64,000 nt of DNA from NCBI GenBank assembly GCA_904063045.1, contig CAJFCJ010000022.1:124001-188000 (forward strand). The letters are read 5' to 3'. This document shows, piece by piece, positions 13,301 through 26,835 of this stretch (its first letter is position 1; each line of letters begins with the position of its first letter). This DNA comes from Dimorphilus gyrociliatus (Eukaryota; Animalia; Annelida). The translations under genes were made by a program, and so were the position numbers. A model generated the notes under the pieces. That model saw only the letters and a program-made list of their open reading frames with translations, did not search any database and was not told the origin of the DNA.

Positions 13301-16300
13301 GTGATTAATGATCTAATGTTTGAAATTTCCTTCGAAAATCGAAGCGCATGCCATTCTTTCGTTGATTTAGTATTCGAAGCTCGCAATATCATCACTCTAT
13401 TGGCATTTTGTTTGGCGAGGCCTTATCACTAATTGCAAAAGTTCGTAACGGTCTAAAGAAACTGAGGTCTTTTCTTTCAACTAATTTTCAGCAATATTTC
13501 AACCGCCTGTATATATTAAACTCAATTGGTTTTTTTTAACCTTTTACAACTCCTTGGTCTACCATATTCGTGTTTCTAACTCTTTTAAAACGGTATCATT
13601 TCACAATCTGACATCTAGTTGATGAGACTGAGTTTACTTAAAATGTGGGCAAGGCGTAAAAATAATTTAATAGTATCTATATCATTCAAGGAAAGGTGAA
13701 AACTCCAATTGACCAATTAAAACTTCCGGAATTGTTCCAAAGTTAATTGGTGTAATTGCATTTGAGAGTATATTTTTTTTCATGTCTTTGACGTTAGTTC
13801 ATATCTATTACATAATTAAAAGTTTTATATATATATATAACAATACTGACATGATCTTTTTACGAAATTTAGAAGTGTTTAAATGACTTTCTCCCTTAAA
13901 CTTTCCTCAATTAAAAGTAGTAGAATTTAAAGAAACAATGTGCAACTACAAAAGCAGCTGTATTATAAAAATGTCTTTACTGATTGGTTTCTTAATTCTT
14001 AATAGATTAAACCTAAATGCTGAGCGGGAGTAAAGAGAAAATGTTTGTTTAATATTAGATGTTAAACCTTTTCTACACACTCCGATCGAAAATTTAATTT
14101 ATCAAAAGAGAAAGATTAAAAATGTAGTTATTCGCCAAAACAAAACAGTTAAATAGAATTATTATAGTCTTAATAGAAGCTTGTCTGATGGATAGGTAAA
14201 TATTATGTTCTGTAAGAAATCAGTAACACATAGTTTACAATCTAAGACTTATGTGTTACTTTTAGGAAACAGAGCACGTGTTCATATGTCAAGGAACTGA
14301 CTGGTAATTCAGTCACTTAAAGATTTTTAATTAATAGTTGCTTTTCTTAGGTACTGATATAAAATATTAGCGATATTTTTACAATAGCGTTGTAGATTTA
14401 GAGAAAGTATTTTGAAGGCTGGATTAATCTCGAGCAGAAATGCCTGCATCTATCCGTCAAGATAGGCTGAAATTGTTAAGTAAAAAGTAAGTTTGCTCAA
14501 ATGTAGCAAACAAAGGGCCTTTTTCACATGAAACTTAAACAATTATTTTGCCTCTGTAAGATATTTGCCTATATATTTTCATTTTATAGAAATATATAAA
14601 AACTTACTAGTATCATCAAAAGCGACTGTTCGATATATTGATAAAGGCATAACAAGCAGTGCACTCAGCATATCGCTAAAAGCCAAAGAGACTAAAAAAT
14701 AGTTAAATCTATTATGTAATTTTCTTTCTCGTTTGACCGCCAAGCAAACCAGCACATTTCCACCAATTGCTAAGATTATTACAAAAGATAGAGCAACCGC
14801 TGGCCAATTTCGGTCTTTCGATAGTTCCAAATTAGAAGCATTCGTCCAGTTCATCTTGCTTTAAATATTTTTTAAAAAAATGATAGATAAAACACATAGA
14901 TTTTCACATTTTACCATTTTATTCACAATAAGGTATTCCATAAAGTCTCATCTAACCGTGTCTGTCGTCAATCTAACGCGGTGCTTAGTTTCCCGCTAGA
15001 GGGACTATGTACCTCTGTATGACTTATTTTCTTGAGTTCTTTGGTATTATTGCAAATGTTTCTGAAGTACGGTTCTTGATTATCTTTGATAGGTATAGCA
15101 CAAGTGATATCATATTGTCATCGATTACCTTTGCAGTTTCTATCATAATGTATAGTGATTATATTCTAACTTATTATTACTTACGTGTCTAACTGATTGT
15201 CCTAAATGGATTAAAAAATTTGCAAGACGATACTTGGTTTTTATGATATTTACACAAATCATTAATTATAGGAACTTAACTCATAGAGACTTGAAAGAAT
15301 GTAAATGAAAAAAGCTGATACGCCAATGATTAATCTCTAGATTGATCGTCATCAACATTTTGAAGTTTTTCTCATTACTGATACAGTCTGATTTTTCAGT
15401 CGTCAATAAGTATATATTAATATATCTTATAATAATTATCAGAGAAAATATGATAGGTGCTTGACAATCACGTACCATATACCCAATTGATTCGAATGGT
15501 TTGGCTATAATTAGGGCAACATATTCTTTTTTACCTTAGCGTCAGACTCAAAAATTCAAATAATCATTGCTATACAGAGACAAACAAATTTTATTGCCCA
15601 TGCCTCGTGTAACTTCTCAGCAACTAAACGTTGTAATTTTATTTAAGATCTCTATTACAATTGCCAAAGAATATATTCTATTCATCAGGTGATAATTGAT
15701 TTGCTCTTGTGAGAAAATAAACCTGTAACTTTAGCCGAAAGATGGCAGTATGTTGCGAAAAAACAAGATTTAATAGTTAATTATTACGTCTTAGGCAAAT
15801 TACTGACTTAATGTAGTTTCTTCTATTTTCTTTGTGAATAATTGAATTTTATTTTTTATTTTCTGAGATTCTTACATGCTTAACTTAACCGTCAAGTGCA
15901 TACCTAATTAATTAGCCGGATAAACAATTAGTAAAGATGGGTGGCTTTTTTAACTTTAAATATAAATAATATATAATACCTAGAATGCTCTAAAAGTGAA
16001 TTTTCTAGTAGCGAATAGAATATTATATCTATTATTTTGTTGTTTTAAGGAAGTAAATAATTTTTTTTTAATTGAAGTAACTGTATATAGGAAGTTTTAT
16101 TTGGAGTATAATGCAATAGATGTAAGTAAATTGCCACACAGTGGTATAGGACAATTGTTCATTTAGAACAACATGTTACCTTAAAGGCTTTTCTTACATC
16201 TGCATTGAGTGTGTAGATAATCATAGGATGGATTATTGATGAACTTATGAAGGTCCATTTAAACGCTAAGATGGTTTGAGTGGAAGTTTCATCTCGAAAT

Positions 16301-18335
16301 TGTTGAGAAACACCACAACCAAGTTCAACTATCAAGAAAGGTATAGTCAAAAACACACTAGAAATGAGAAAGTACTTGGCTAGACGGAGTATAGCGGAAT
16401 TTTGTCTTGTTTTTTGAAGGAGTTTCGTTCCTTGCTCCTGGCTAACTTGTCGCATATATGACATGGGTTTCAGTGATTTAGCATTACCATTACTTTTTGA
16501 TAATTCTCCATTTTCTAAGGCATTTTGTCTTTGTAAGGAAGAGTTACGTCGAGGATAGCGAGGAGTATTTTTTCTTCTTAATGTATTTTCATTTTTAAGT
16601 TCATGTTCCGGAAATACTGGACTCATTGCTCCCGATTTTACGTTATAAGTTCTCATTTCATTTTGTCCAAATTTAACTGACTTTCTGCTCCTTCCTTGTC
16701 TTCGTTTTCCATCTCTGGATAAAATAGATGGACGAGGTCGTAGCTTTGGTTCTTTTTCTAAAATAATTTCGTCTAGCGAAATAGATTTCCTAACATTCTC
16801 ACGTTTAGACGGCTGACCATCCATTGAAATGCTTCGTTCAGGATGATCTTTAACACGTATCTCCTCAGCTAAAGAATTATCAAATACTGGATTATCAATT
16901 CCCACTACCAAATCATCCTCGCAAACTAAATTTTGCCGCTCTAAAGATCGTCGTTTGGCGTTAAGTTGATGTTTACCAGACTTCCTGTCTGAGACATAGT
17001 CCGTTATGTCAAAATTAGGATCATCCTCACTAACGGATTTTGAAAAAACTTCATGAAAAGAAGTTTTATTATCTGCAGTTTTGTCATCATCTTTTTTCTT
17101 AACACTACTAGCTGTTACTAAAAGTGTTGGAGACGTATTTTTTATTGTTTCATTTTCATTATGGCACTCTCCTGGTTCAGTAGATTCCTTATTGTCTTCA
17201 AGATTAGACTCACTTTCAACAAGAGACTCATTAGATTCCTTAGACTCCTTATTTTGTTCAAAATCAGGCTGGTTTTCATTGTACATCGAATTAGATGTCT
17301 CTACAGTTTCATTTTCCGCAATATATGTTTCATTTCGATGTTGAATTTTAGCTTCCTTACAAATTATTTCCATTTCCTCTGTTACTTTGCCTGAAGTTTC
17401 ACTTTGCTCCAAGTTTTTAGCATTATCGGATACAGAAGTATCAGGCAAATTGGTTTCAACCTTGTTGTTATCAACTTTGTCATTTTTTGAACTCTCTGCA
17501 GAATTGACTTCTGAACAGATATTGTTTCTGTTTTCAGAATTTTGTTGTTGATTGTTATTTATGGAATTTTCTACAGAATTTTCTTTTGTAGATGGTTCAA
17601 TGACTTTTTTGTCTTTGACTTCACATGCTAAGGAGAAAGGCTTGTTTGTATCGCTGTCTGGTGTAGCTGGCTGTGTGGTTATAGCAATTGTGTCACCAGC
17701 AGTTCTTACCATAGTAACACTTGTCGGAAGATGACCATTTGTTTGGAGAGGGCTATTCTCTGAACATAATTCTTCTCCAATTTGCCTCTGCTTCTCTACG
17801 CAACATGAAGCATAAAATAGTAAACAAAAACTTAATACGCAAGGTAAACAATAGACAAATATTGGCTTCAAGAAAGCATAAGTGGATGTAACTAGTAGGC
17901 ATTCTACGAATTCAATAGACGAACTTTTAGCCAGTAAATTAAAAATTAACGGTGGTATAACAAAGAGAAAGGCAATTAGCCACGTAATTAAAATCGCCAT
18001 TTTAAAATTTTCTTGTAGACGTTGACGAATCATAGGATTCACTACAGCAAGAGTGACTTCCATTATAATAAAAAATATATGTGTTATGATTAGAGTCATT
18101 GACCAGTTTTCCGCCGTTTGCCATAATTTACAAGCCCAGGGCGACATATCGGCTACTTTGAAAAATAAATAACAATTATATATAAATATAGAATTTATCA
18201 TATTAAGCCAAAAAATTCTGGGCGGCTTGAGAATCTATTCAATACTTCATTAGCTAAGTTTGATTACTTCAAATTCTTTTTAGTCATGTGGGCGTAAATA
18301 TGTTTTTTACGTATAAATATATACCTATATATACA

Positions 18336-18371
<36 letters not shown>

Positions 18372-21300
18372 ATATATGTATATACTGTATGCTGTTTATA
18401 AAATAATAAATTTAGATTAGATTAAATCTTATTATTGATATTATTTATGAACAGAATTCTTTATTATATTTATTATATTTTTTCGCTTAGAGATGAAATT
18501 TTAAGCGAATATCAATATGGTTCATAATTTCATGCACCAGAATGAATGATTCTAACATGCCACGCCCAGTCAAGTTTTTTGCAGCACTAGTTTTTGAATA
18601 CTTACAATATATTGTTTGATAGAGGGTTAATGATCCTGCCATTGTTGAATAAATAACATGAGAAAAGGAAAATGAAAAAAGTGTTTGTCTCAAACCACAA
18701 CGCTGGGGTTTGTAATTTCTGCAAATAGCTAGACAAATAAACGAATTCAAAATTATTGCCATTAAAACAATGATAAGTAGACACCAATTTAAAATATTTT
18801 TTTCTGAATTTTCTGCAAAATTTTCTTTATCCGTTGTATAAGTAAGGATAGACGTAGTAGTAGAGTTCGAATCGTTCATTCTCTTAGTTTAGGCGTGTCT
18901 TTTGCAGGTGTGTGTAAATAGTCGTGGGTATTTTTTTCCCTCAGGGCGTCACCTAGCGTCTAACTGAGCATGAATATTTTGTTTCACATTGATTTATGTG
19001 TAATAGTTACGTATACTAAATGTGTACTTTAATTCTCTTTGAAGACTTGACCTCTCCTAAAACACTTCACACGACAAACTTCTACTAGATTATTTAAGTT
19101 GACTACTTAATATCTGCAATCTTATTGTTTAAAAGCCAGCTTATCAATTCTTTTAGGTGACCACATGTCCTTTTACTAGCAGAAAAGACACGATACAGTA
19201 ATGTAAAAAAAAACACGACAATAGACTGCTACGTTATGCATTTTCTATATGTATAAAGAAAGTTTAATAATTTAATGAAAAACTCCTCTTTGATTCATAC
19301 ATACTTTTAATAAAAACTATCTTATTAGATTATAATCTTGTCTATTTTTTGTCTTGTTGTTTTTTTTTATTTTTATTAATTTTATGTAAAAAAATCGTAT
19401 TTATTCAACGAAAACTCAATCTCTTTTTTGCTAAGTAATCTATTCAGTTAAGTTAATTGTTTGCTTTCTTTTTTAAACACGTTTAATTTCACTAAAAAAA
19501 ATCCTTTAATATGTTATTGTATTGAATAGAACCAATCCCAATTATAAAAAAAACAGACCTTTCCCAATCTGTAATATACAGTATAGTTTATTATAAATAA
19601 AGAAACTATTCGAAACAAGAGAATGGCGTTTTTTGTTTGTTTGTTTGTTTTCTTTTTATATGCAATGTGCATTCTATGTAATAATACTTGTTCATTTATT
19701 AATAGCAAACGCTTGTATTCTTCTTAATGAATATGTATATATATATATATAAATTATATGTATATGTGTGTGTACTTGTATATGGCTATTTTATTATAAA
19801 AGAAAATGATATTTTTCCTACTTTCTCAAGACTAGTACTGATTTTGTTTTTTATTGCTGTCTAACAACTATTTTGAACTCACCTGCTGTAATCTCTATAT
19901 CTATGCTACCCCTTATTTTTAAGTGTAACCCCATCGTTAAAGGATTGGAATTGTTTAGTATACTACCCTCTCTATATTTTTTTATATCTTTGTCAACGAC
20001 AAGAAAACGCCCTCAAGTACTTTAAAACAAATGTAAATAATGATTCTATCATACGATTAAAAGCAATTGACTTATATTTCGGACAATATAAGAATTTATT
20101 TACCGTTTAAGTATTTGAAAAGGAATTTGTCTGCAGTCATTAACCTTTTGGGAATTGTCATTTTACTTCTATAATACATTATGTGTCTATTCCGTTCAAG
20201 CGTATTTTGTTTTGAAAATTCTGACATTGACAATATCTCACTTGGCTCTATTAATAGAAGTGAAATTAAATGACATATCAAAACTAGCGATATATAAATA
20301 TAGAACCAGCAAGATATATAAAAGTCAAAAACCTCTTTAAAGTGCAATATCTTAATTGACAATTATTAATACGATAGGCGAGGTCTCTTACAATGCAAAA
20401 ATTATTTATATTTCTTTCTTTTATAGCTTGGTCCTCATGACGACGAAATTTTAGAACTCCATAGGAAAGAACTAGCTGACAGTAAGAGTTATGTGCGAAA
20501 AACTAATACTGTATCCTTACAAGTTGAAAATGAGGATGCCAAAGAGGATGATGTGGTTTGTAACACAGTAAGTATAAAGAGTAAATAATTAACATAATTA
20601 ATTTATAGAAACGTTTTTCCCCCTTCACAGCCTGCAGATAATCAGAAAATTGGCGTCATTCAATACCTACTAGAAATTGGTGACTGGACTCATGCCAAAC
20701 AATTGATTGATCGTCTACCAGCCTATTTTGCAACGTCAAATTGTGACGTTGCGAAAGCTTTATGTAAAATTGGTCATAAAGCTCTGGAACCGTTATATTC
20801 AAAAATTGAAAAGAATGTACGTATCTTATTTTTATGTGTTTTCTCTTTTAGTGTTTGTATAATAATACCCGACAAACTATTTATATAATCTTGAAGTTAA
20901 GTACAGTCTATTTTAAACTATAAAAAACACACTATTTTTTCTTTATAGATAACGTCATGCGCTGTTTCTAATCGTCGACCGTACGATTGTATAACAAAAG
21001 CTATTGAATCAATCAGAGTGAACACTGTCCTTGAGTTAAGAGAAAAACTGTTTCCTGTTTTATGCTATCTTGGACCCCACGCATCTAATGATCCTACATT
21101 ATTATTCAAGATATGTAGACTGTGCTCATGCTTTTTAAAACAGGTAAACAATAAAAAATTCAGCAAAACATACTCTTTTGTTAAATACAAACAAACACTT
21201 GCATATTCCAGAGAGAAAAGTCATTAAAAGAAAAAGGTTCTACAACAGATGAATACGAAAATATATATCGCGGAATATTAACAATAGTCGATGAGGTTCT

Positions 21301-24300
21301 ATTGCCGTCTTTGTCTCTTTTACCTTCTAATTATCCTCTAAGTGAAGAAATTTGGAGTGTCTTGAAATACTATACTTATCAAAATCGCTATCGCATGTAT
21401 GGGCAATGGAAGAATGAATCTTACATTGTACATCCCAAATTAATGCGAGCAAAGGCGGATTGTTTGAAGAAGAGCAAACATTCGATGAGGTACAGATTAG
21501 CTACCGATTTTATATTTATTAATAAGACGCAACATGTTATAATATTTTTAATTTCGTTAACAGGCGATTGGCTAAAGAAAATGTAAAGACAATAGGAAGA
21601 CAACTTGGAAAATTAAGTCATTCGAATCCAGCAATATTATTCGAATATGTAAGTTAGATTTACTACCAAATTATTAATTTATTGTAAAGTAGAATATATA
21701 TTTTTGGTAAGAAAATATGAAATATTATGCTTATCAATTTGTTGTTATCGAGTGAAATTTACAACATTTAATTATACACTTGTTTTTTTCTATTGTAAAA
21801 GTTGGTAATAATTGTGTCGAAAACATGATTATTTTAACGGCTAGTCTACAAAGCGTTAGCTGAATAACAAAACATTGTATTGATTAGTTGAAACAAACAA
21901 CATATAATTACGAATCTACCTACTTTGCTTTTTTGTGAAATGAATATTTTTGATGAGAAATTTAGATGTTGAAACGATGTTATAAAGAGAAAATCAGTTG
22001 CATAAAGTTTCAAGTTAATTACAATACTAATATTAGTAACAAAAAACTTCTTAAATATATGTTAGCTTACATTATATTTTATATTAAATTTTGCACCATC
22101 AATATTCCAGTTTTACTAGGCCAAGAAAGGTACAAGATAATTGTCTTAATATTCATATTATTGTCTTGATACTAGAGTAAATGAAAATGTTTAAAAATGT
22201 TTATATGAAACATACGAAACGAATGTCATTTAGATTACAGTATAATTAATTTTTCTGTTTCTCAAAATTAAATTCAGAGAGTTTGTTTGAGATTTTTTTT
22301 AACATGTCTTGTTTTATGTAAAAGGCATGCTCATATCTAATGTTTTACTTTAATGATAGATAAGATAAACAGTACAGTAGTATAAGCTTAATTATACTAT
22401 GGCATACTTTTGTATACGTGCGCACAAAACCATAGAACGGAAAAGGAAATATATGTTAAAGAATGGAATTCTTCTGCACCTTGAAGTGGTATAGGTTGTT
22501 CTTATTCACTAAAAAAAAAGAAACAAAAGATAAATATTCATATCATATTCCTATAATTATTATAATTATGAGGATTTTGTTTTGCTTAGACTGATGTTCT
22601 ATTCAGAATTTTTATAAAAAGATTGTTAACTTTGAAAGTTTTTAGACAACAAAAATTTGATCTTGTTAAAAGCATATGTCTTTTTTTTATTTAATGTTTT
22701 TAATTTCATCTTTTAACTTTGTCTTTGTGAAATCTAAGAATTCTGTTATTTCGTAATTAAGAGAAGAAAATTTTTTACATTGATTAAGTATCGTGTGTCT
22801 TTTGATAGTTATCTACAAAGAATCCTTTTTTTCCCTTTAACAGATTTTATCGCAAATTCAAACCTTTGATAATCTTATTGGTCCAGTTGCTGATTCCTTG
22901 AAATACCTCTCCTCATTATCTGCCGATTTATTGGCATATATTATTATTGAAGCTTTAGCCAGCCCTGAAAAAGAGCGAATGAAGCATGATGATACTAATA
23001 TCTCTACCTGGCTACAAAGTCTTGCAAACTTTAGCGCCACAATTTTCAAAAAATATCCGATAGATCTATCTGGTATTCTTCAATATGTAGCCAATCAGCT
23101 GAAAGCTAATAAAAGTTTGGATTTATTGGTTCTTCGAGAAATCCTTCAACGTATGGCAAATGTTGAAGTTTCGGAGGAAATTACCGATGAACAACTGGAA
23201 TGCCTATACGGTGGAGAACTACTGAAGAGCGAAGGTGGAAATTTTCTTACACCAAAGAACATCAAACGGTCTTGTCAGCGTTTGAGGGAATCACTTATCG
23301 ATAATAATTTAGATATCGCTTTGAGTCTTTTAATGGCCCAACAAAGATCATGTATTGTTTTTACTACAAAGTAAAGTATCAAATTTTTAATCTTCTTTGA
23401 GGCTTTAAAATTGACTAATAATTTTTCAATAATCTTAGGGAGCATTCTGAAGAAACACATGTGAAATTGTTAGGTAAAGTTTACGACCAGTGTAATGACA
23501 CTCTATACCAGTTTACAGCCTTTGTAACTACGCAAGTTTCTATGGATGAACTGGAAACTAAATTACCTAGTTTAGAGGAACTCATCACAACCTATAATGT
23601 GACTCCAGACGTTGCTTTCGCCTTGTACAGACCTTATTTGACTCATTCTATAGCAAAGGTTAATGAAAAAGAATCATTCCAAACGGCAATTGAACAGATT
23701 TTACGTCCTTTGGAAACGTCGTTAACCACTGTTAGACTTTGCAATGATTTAACGTTGCAGTGTTATTTAATTTTTTGGACCCTACAAAAATCCGATCTCA
23801 CAGTACCAGAAGCCGCTTATGATAGACAAATCCAACTATTCAAACAACAAAAGCAAGGACTGGAGAACAGTAATGAAGTTGGGGGATCGAAAAGAAAACG
23901 AGAAATGGATAGATGCTCGGCTAACATTGAAAAACTGAAGGAAGAGGAGAAAAAACAAAGAGAACACGTTGACAGAGTTCGCGAATATCTTAAAAAGGTA
24001 CAAAGAGGATTAAACATACAGAGGCTATCTTTATAACGTATAGATGATCTTTTAGGAGAGCTATTTAGTAGAAGTTAAGTTCAAGGTGATATGTAAAATT
24101 TTCTGTAAAGGACAAATTATCCTGAAAATTAATTCAGACTGTAAAGAATTGCCAACTTATTTATTGAGAAAATTAACGCAAACAGTTAAATATTCTTAAA
24201 CTGAGCAAAGCTATTGGTTAGAACTTTCATGAAGAACTCGTAAAATAGGGAAAATATGACTCTTATATAAAAAAAATAATTATTGATGGGAATGGCTGCT

Positions 24301-26835
24301 TGATTCTTCGGCAACCTCTCCATTTCGCCTCACTGTATGAAATCCTCTTTGGGTACTAGGCAAAAGACACATGGTTTGCTTTAAAAACATCTAGGAATGC
24401 AACAGTCTCGGAATTCTTACAAGTTTGCATCTTCCCAAGGGCCTGCTTCTCAGCTGTTGATGCGCTTTATTGCGCTGAATTTGTAAAAACTCTCCATCAT
24501 TTAGAAACACCTAACTTCTCAACTCTCATATTTTTTGATCGAGTTTTTTGCGATATGACTTATTGCGTAACAAGTAGAACAGAAAACGAAGCACACAGAT
24601 ACGGTAGATTCCTGTGTTCTTTACTCGAAACAATCATGCATTGGCATAAAGACGAAGCTAACTTCGATAAAGAATGCGCCGCTACACCAGGATTTATAAC
24701 AAATTTTCGTGCTGCTGTTAAATCAGCCAGTGATCATCTAGATTATCAAAATTACAGACACGTTGTTCACAAATGGCACTTCAGCATAACAAAAGTAAGT
24801 AATTAGTAAATAAAACGACACATGTATTCAATAAAAACTAATGTAACATTTATTTATTTTTGCTTATTTGTACTTTACAGGCAATGGTGGCCTGTTTAGA
24901 ATCGAACAATTATATTCAAATTCGCAATGCATTAATTATTCTGACAAGAATTCTACCACACTATCCAAAAGTTGTCAAATTTGGCCTTGCATTAGAAAGG
25001 AGAATCGATCGGATGTGCCAAGAGGAAAAAGAAAAAAGACCTGACTTACACGTTCTCGGAACAGGGTTTGTAGTATTAATAATAAAATTTTTTATCATTT
25101 ATATATCATAAGTATACAGTATAGAGAATTTAAAATTTTCTTTCAAACTTATAGATATTCAGGACAACTAAAAGCCAAAAAGAAATTTTGGATTCAAGAA
25201 GAACAATTCCATGCCAGAGAATCACAAAAAAAGAATCTCGCTGCTAAGGTTAATGGTGTAAAGAAAGATGGAAAAAATCAAACTGCTGATCCAAAAGGAT
25301 CAAGTAAAAAGCAAGAAACTTACGTTAAAAAATCCGACGCATTATCCACCAACTCGCCGCTAGATAAACTGTCACCCTCTTCTCCTAAAGTGGATGAAAA
25401 ACGCCAAAGAACAGTGAAAATGACAAAGATCAAGGAAATTGACAATAATAGGTAAATATCTATTTTCAAAGTAGTTGAAGTAATTTAAAATTCGCATTCT
25501 ATTCATCGACTGGCTCCAGTTCAAAGATTGAACAAACAACAGAAGACAGAAAAGCAACTAAGCGCAAAATTGATAAAACTGAACACCAAGCTTCAGCTGA
25601 AGGTAAAATCTCTCAAAAGCAGTCTGATTTTATGGGTATTAAGAAGAGAGAAGAATATATTGAAAAGGTTAAAGCCGAAAAAGATGTTGCAAGGGAAAAA
25701 GAAAGATCCAAGGCCGAAATTAAGATGGCGTCTAGTGAACAATCAACCACAAAGGAATCTTCTAGGCAGAGAATAAAAGAAACGCAATCTGATCAATGGG
25801 CTGATTCAAGAGAATCGTCTAGAAGCATGGGAGCTTCTGAGAAAGAAAAAAGAAGAAAACTTGTTGTTGAAGACGAAGGTAGATCATCCAATATTCAAAA
25901 AAGAAATACAGAATCCGGGGCATCACCTAATAATCTGTTCGGATGCGCTGAGGTAAAGAGAGGAAGCGGAGAAAAAAAGAGACGCATTGACTCCAGTCCC
26001 AGGGAATCGCCTCAGTACTTTGATGATAGAAGGAGTTCTAGGAGCGACAATTCTCATGTAACATTCTTTTTTTGTAGTAAATGTTGAATGGGATTCTCTT
26101 TTATTCTTTTGTTTTATTTGAACCTTCAGAGGCAAATTTCACCTCCTCGGAGAATATCGCCCAATGAAGAAAATTTTAGGGATGTTAGAGCCACGAAAAG
26201 AAACACCAAGAATTTAAGACGCGTAAGTAAAAAATTTTACTCTGTTCCTTATTCAGAAAGTGGATTTTGGATTGGTTTCAGGACAATTCACCCACAAATC
26301 TCTTTTACGATCGTTCGGAGCGTAGAAACGATGATCGAACAGAAGGGCGAATCGCTGAAAGGGATAGCGTTCGAAAAAGAGTGCGAATTGCAAAAAATCT
26401 GAATAAAACTAAATAATTATATACTCTTTCTACTCTACAGGAACATCCTGAACAGCAGTATCATTTAGATTTGAAACGTAGGAAACCCAGTAGCGCTCCA
26501 TTTCATGAACCTATTGAGACCGAAGATAACATCAATGAACAAAGACGTTCTGCTAGACATATATCAAGAGAAAAGAGAGATATTACATTCGACGACGGCA
26601 GTGCTATGTCTGGAGTAACTAAACGGGATAAATTAAGTAAAGCTGTACGTAATCATTAGCTCTCTTATCTATCTATACAAGATATAAGTTATTGTACATA
26701 TTGTCATTCATTCACTTAAAGGGGAGTACGGATGAAGAAGTATCTAAACGTGAAAAGAAAATGTAAGTAAGAAAATTACACAAGAAAAAATTGTAATTAT
26801 TTTTTTTTATTAAAAGGAAAAAGACGAAGAAATAA
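7197..26835 (+). CDS. THOC2: THO complex subunit 2 (Tho2), many exons, with an ~11.4 kb intron at 9062-20426
   Basis: Spliced peptides match THOC2: [145 protein letters not shown], then a low-complexity charged tail. The last exon is uncertain (stop at 26766 or 26835). Confidence 0.97.
11287..14854 (-). CDS. HTR2: 5-HT2-like serotonin receptor (class A GPCR), nested antisense in the THOC2 intron; 3 exons
   Basis: Exon 1 reads MNWTNAS...RNWPAVAL...[35 protein letters not shown]. Exon 2 reads [34 protein letters not shown] (D3.32 and DRY intact), then TM5 [14 protein letters not shown]. Exon 3 reads [16 protein letters not shown] and [25 protein letters not shown]. The exon 2/3 junction was not resolved exactly. 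Confidence 0.85.
16159..18879 (-). CDS. Divergent orphan class A GPCR with a ~470-aa third intracellular loop, nested antisense in the THOC2 intron; 2 exons
   Basis: Exon 1 (18879 to ~18605) holds TM1-TM2 and exon 2 (~18150-16159) holds TM3-TM7. C3.25, W4.50, an ECL2 Cys, P5.50, P6.50, P7.50 and helix 8 ([12 protein letters not shown]) are recognisable. The ORF is intact. Confidence 0.8.
18338..18367. repeat. (TA)n microsatellite in the orphan GPCR intron
   Basis: Direct dinucleotide run. Confidence 0.9.
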
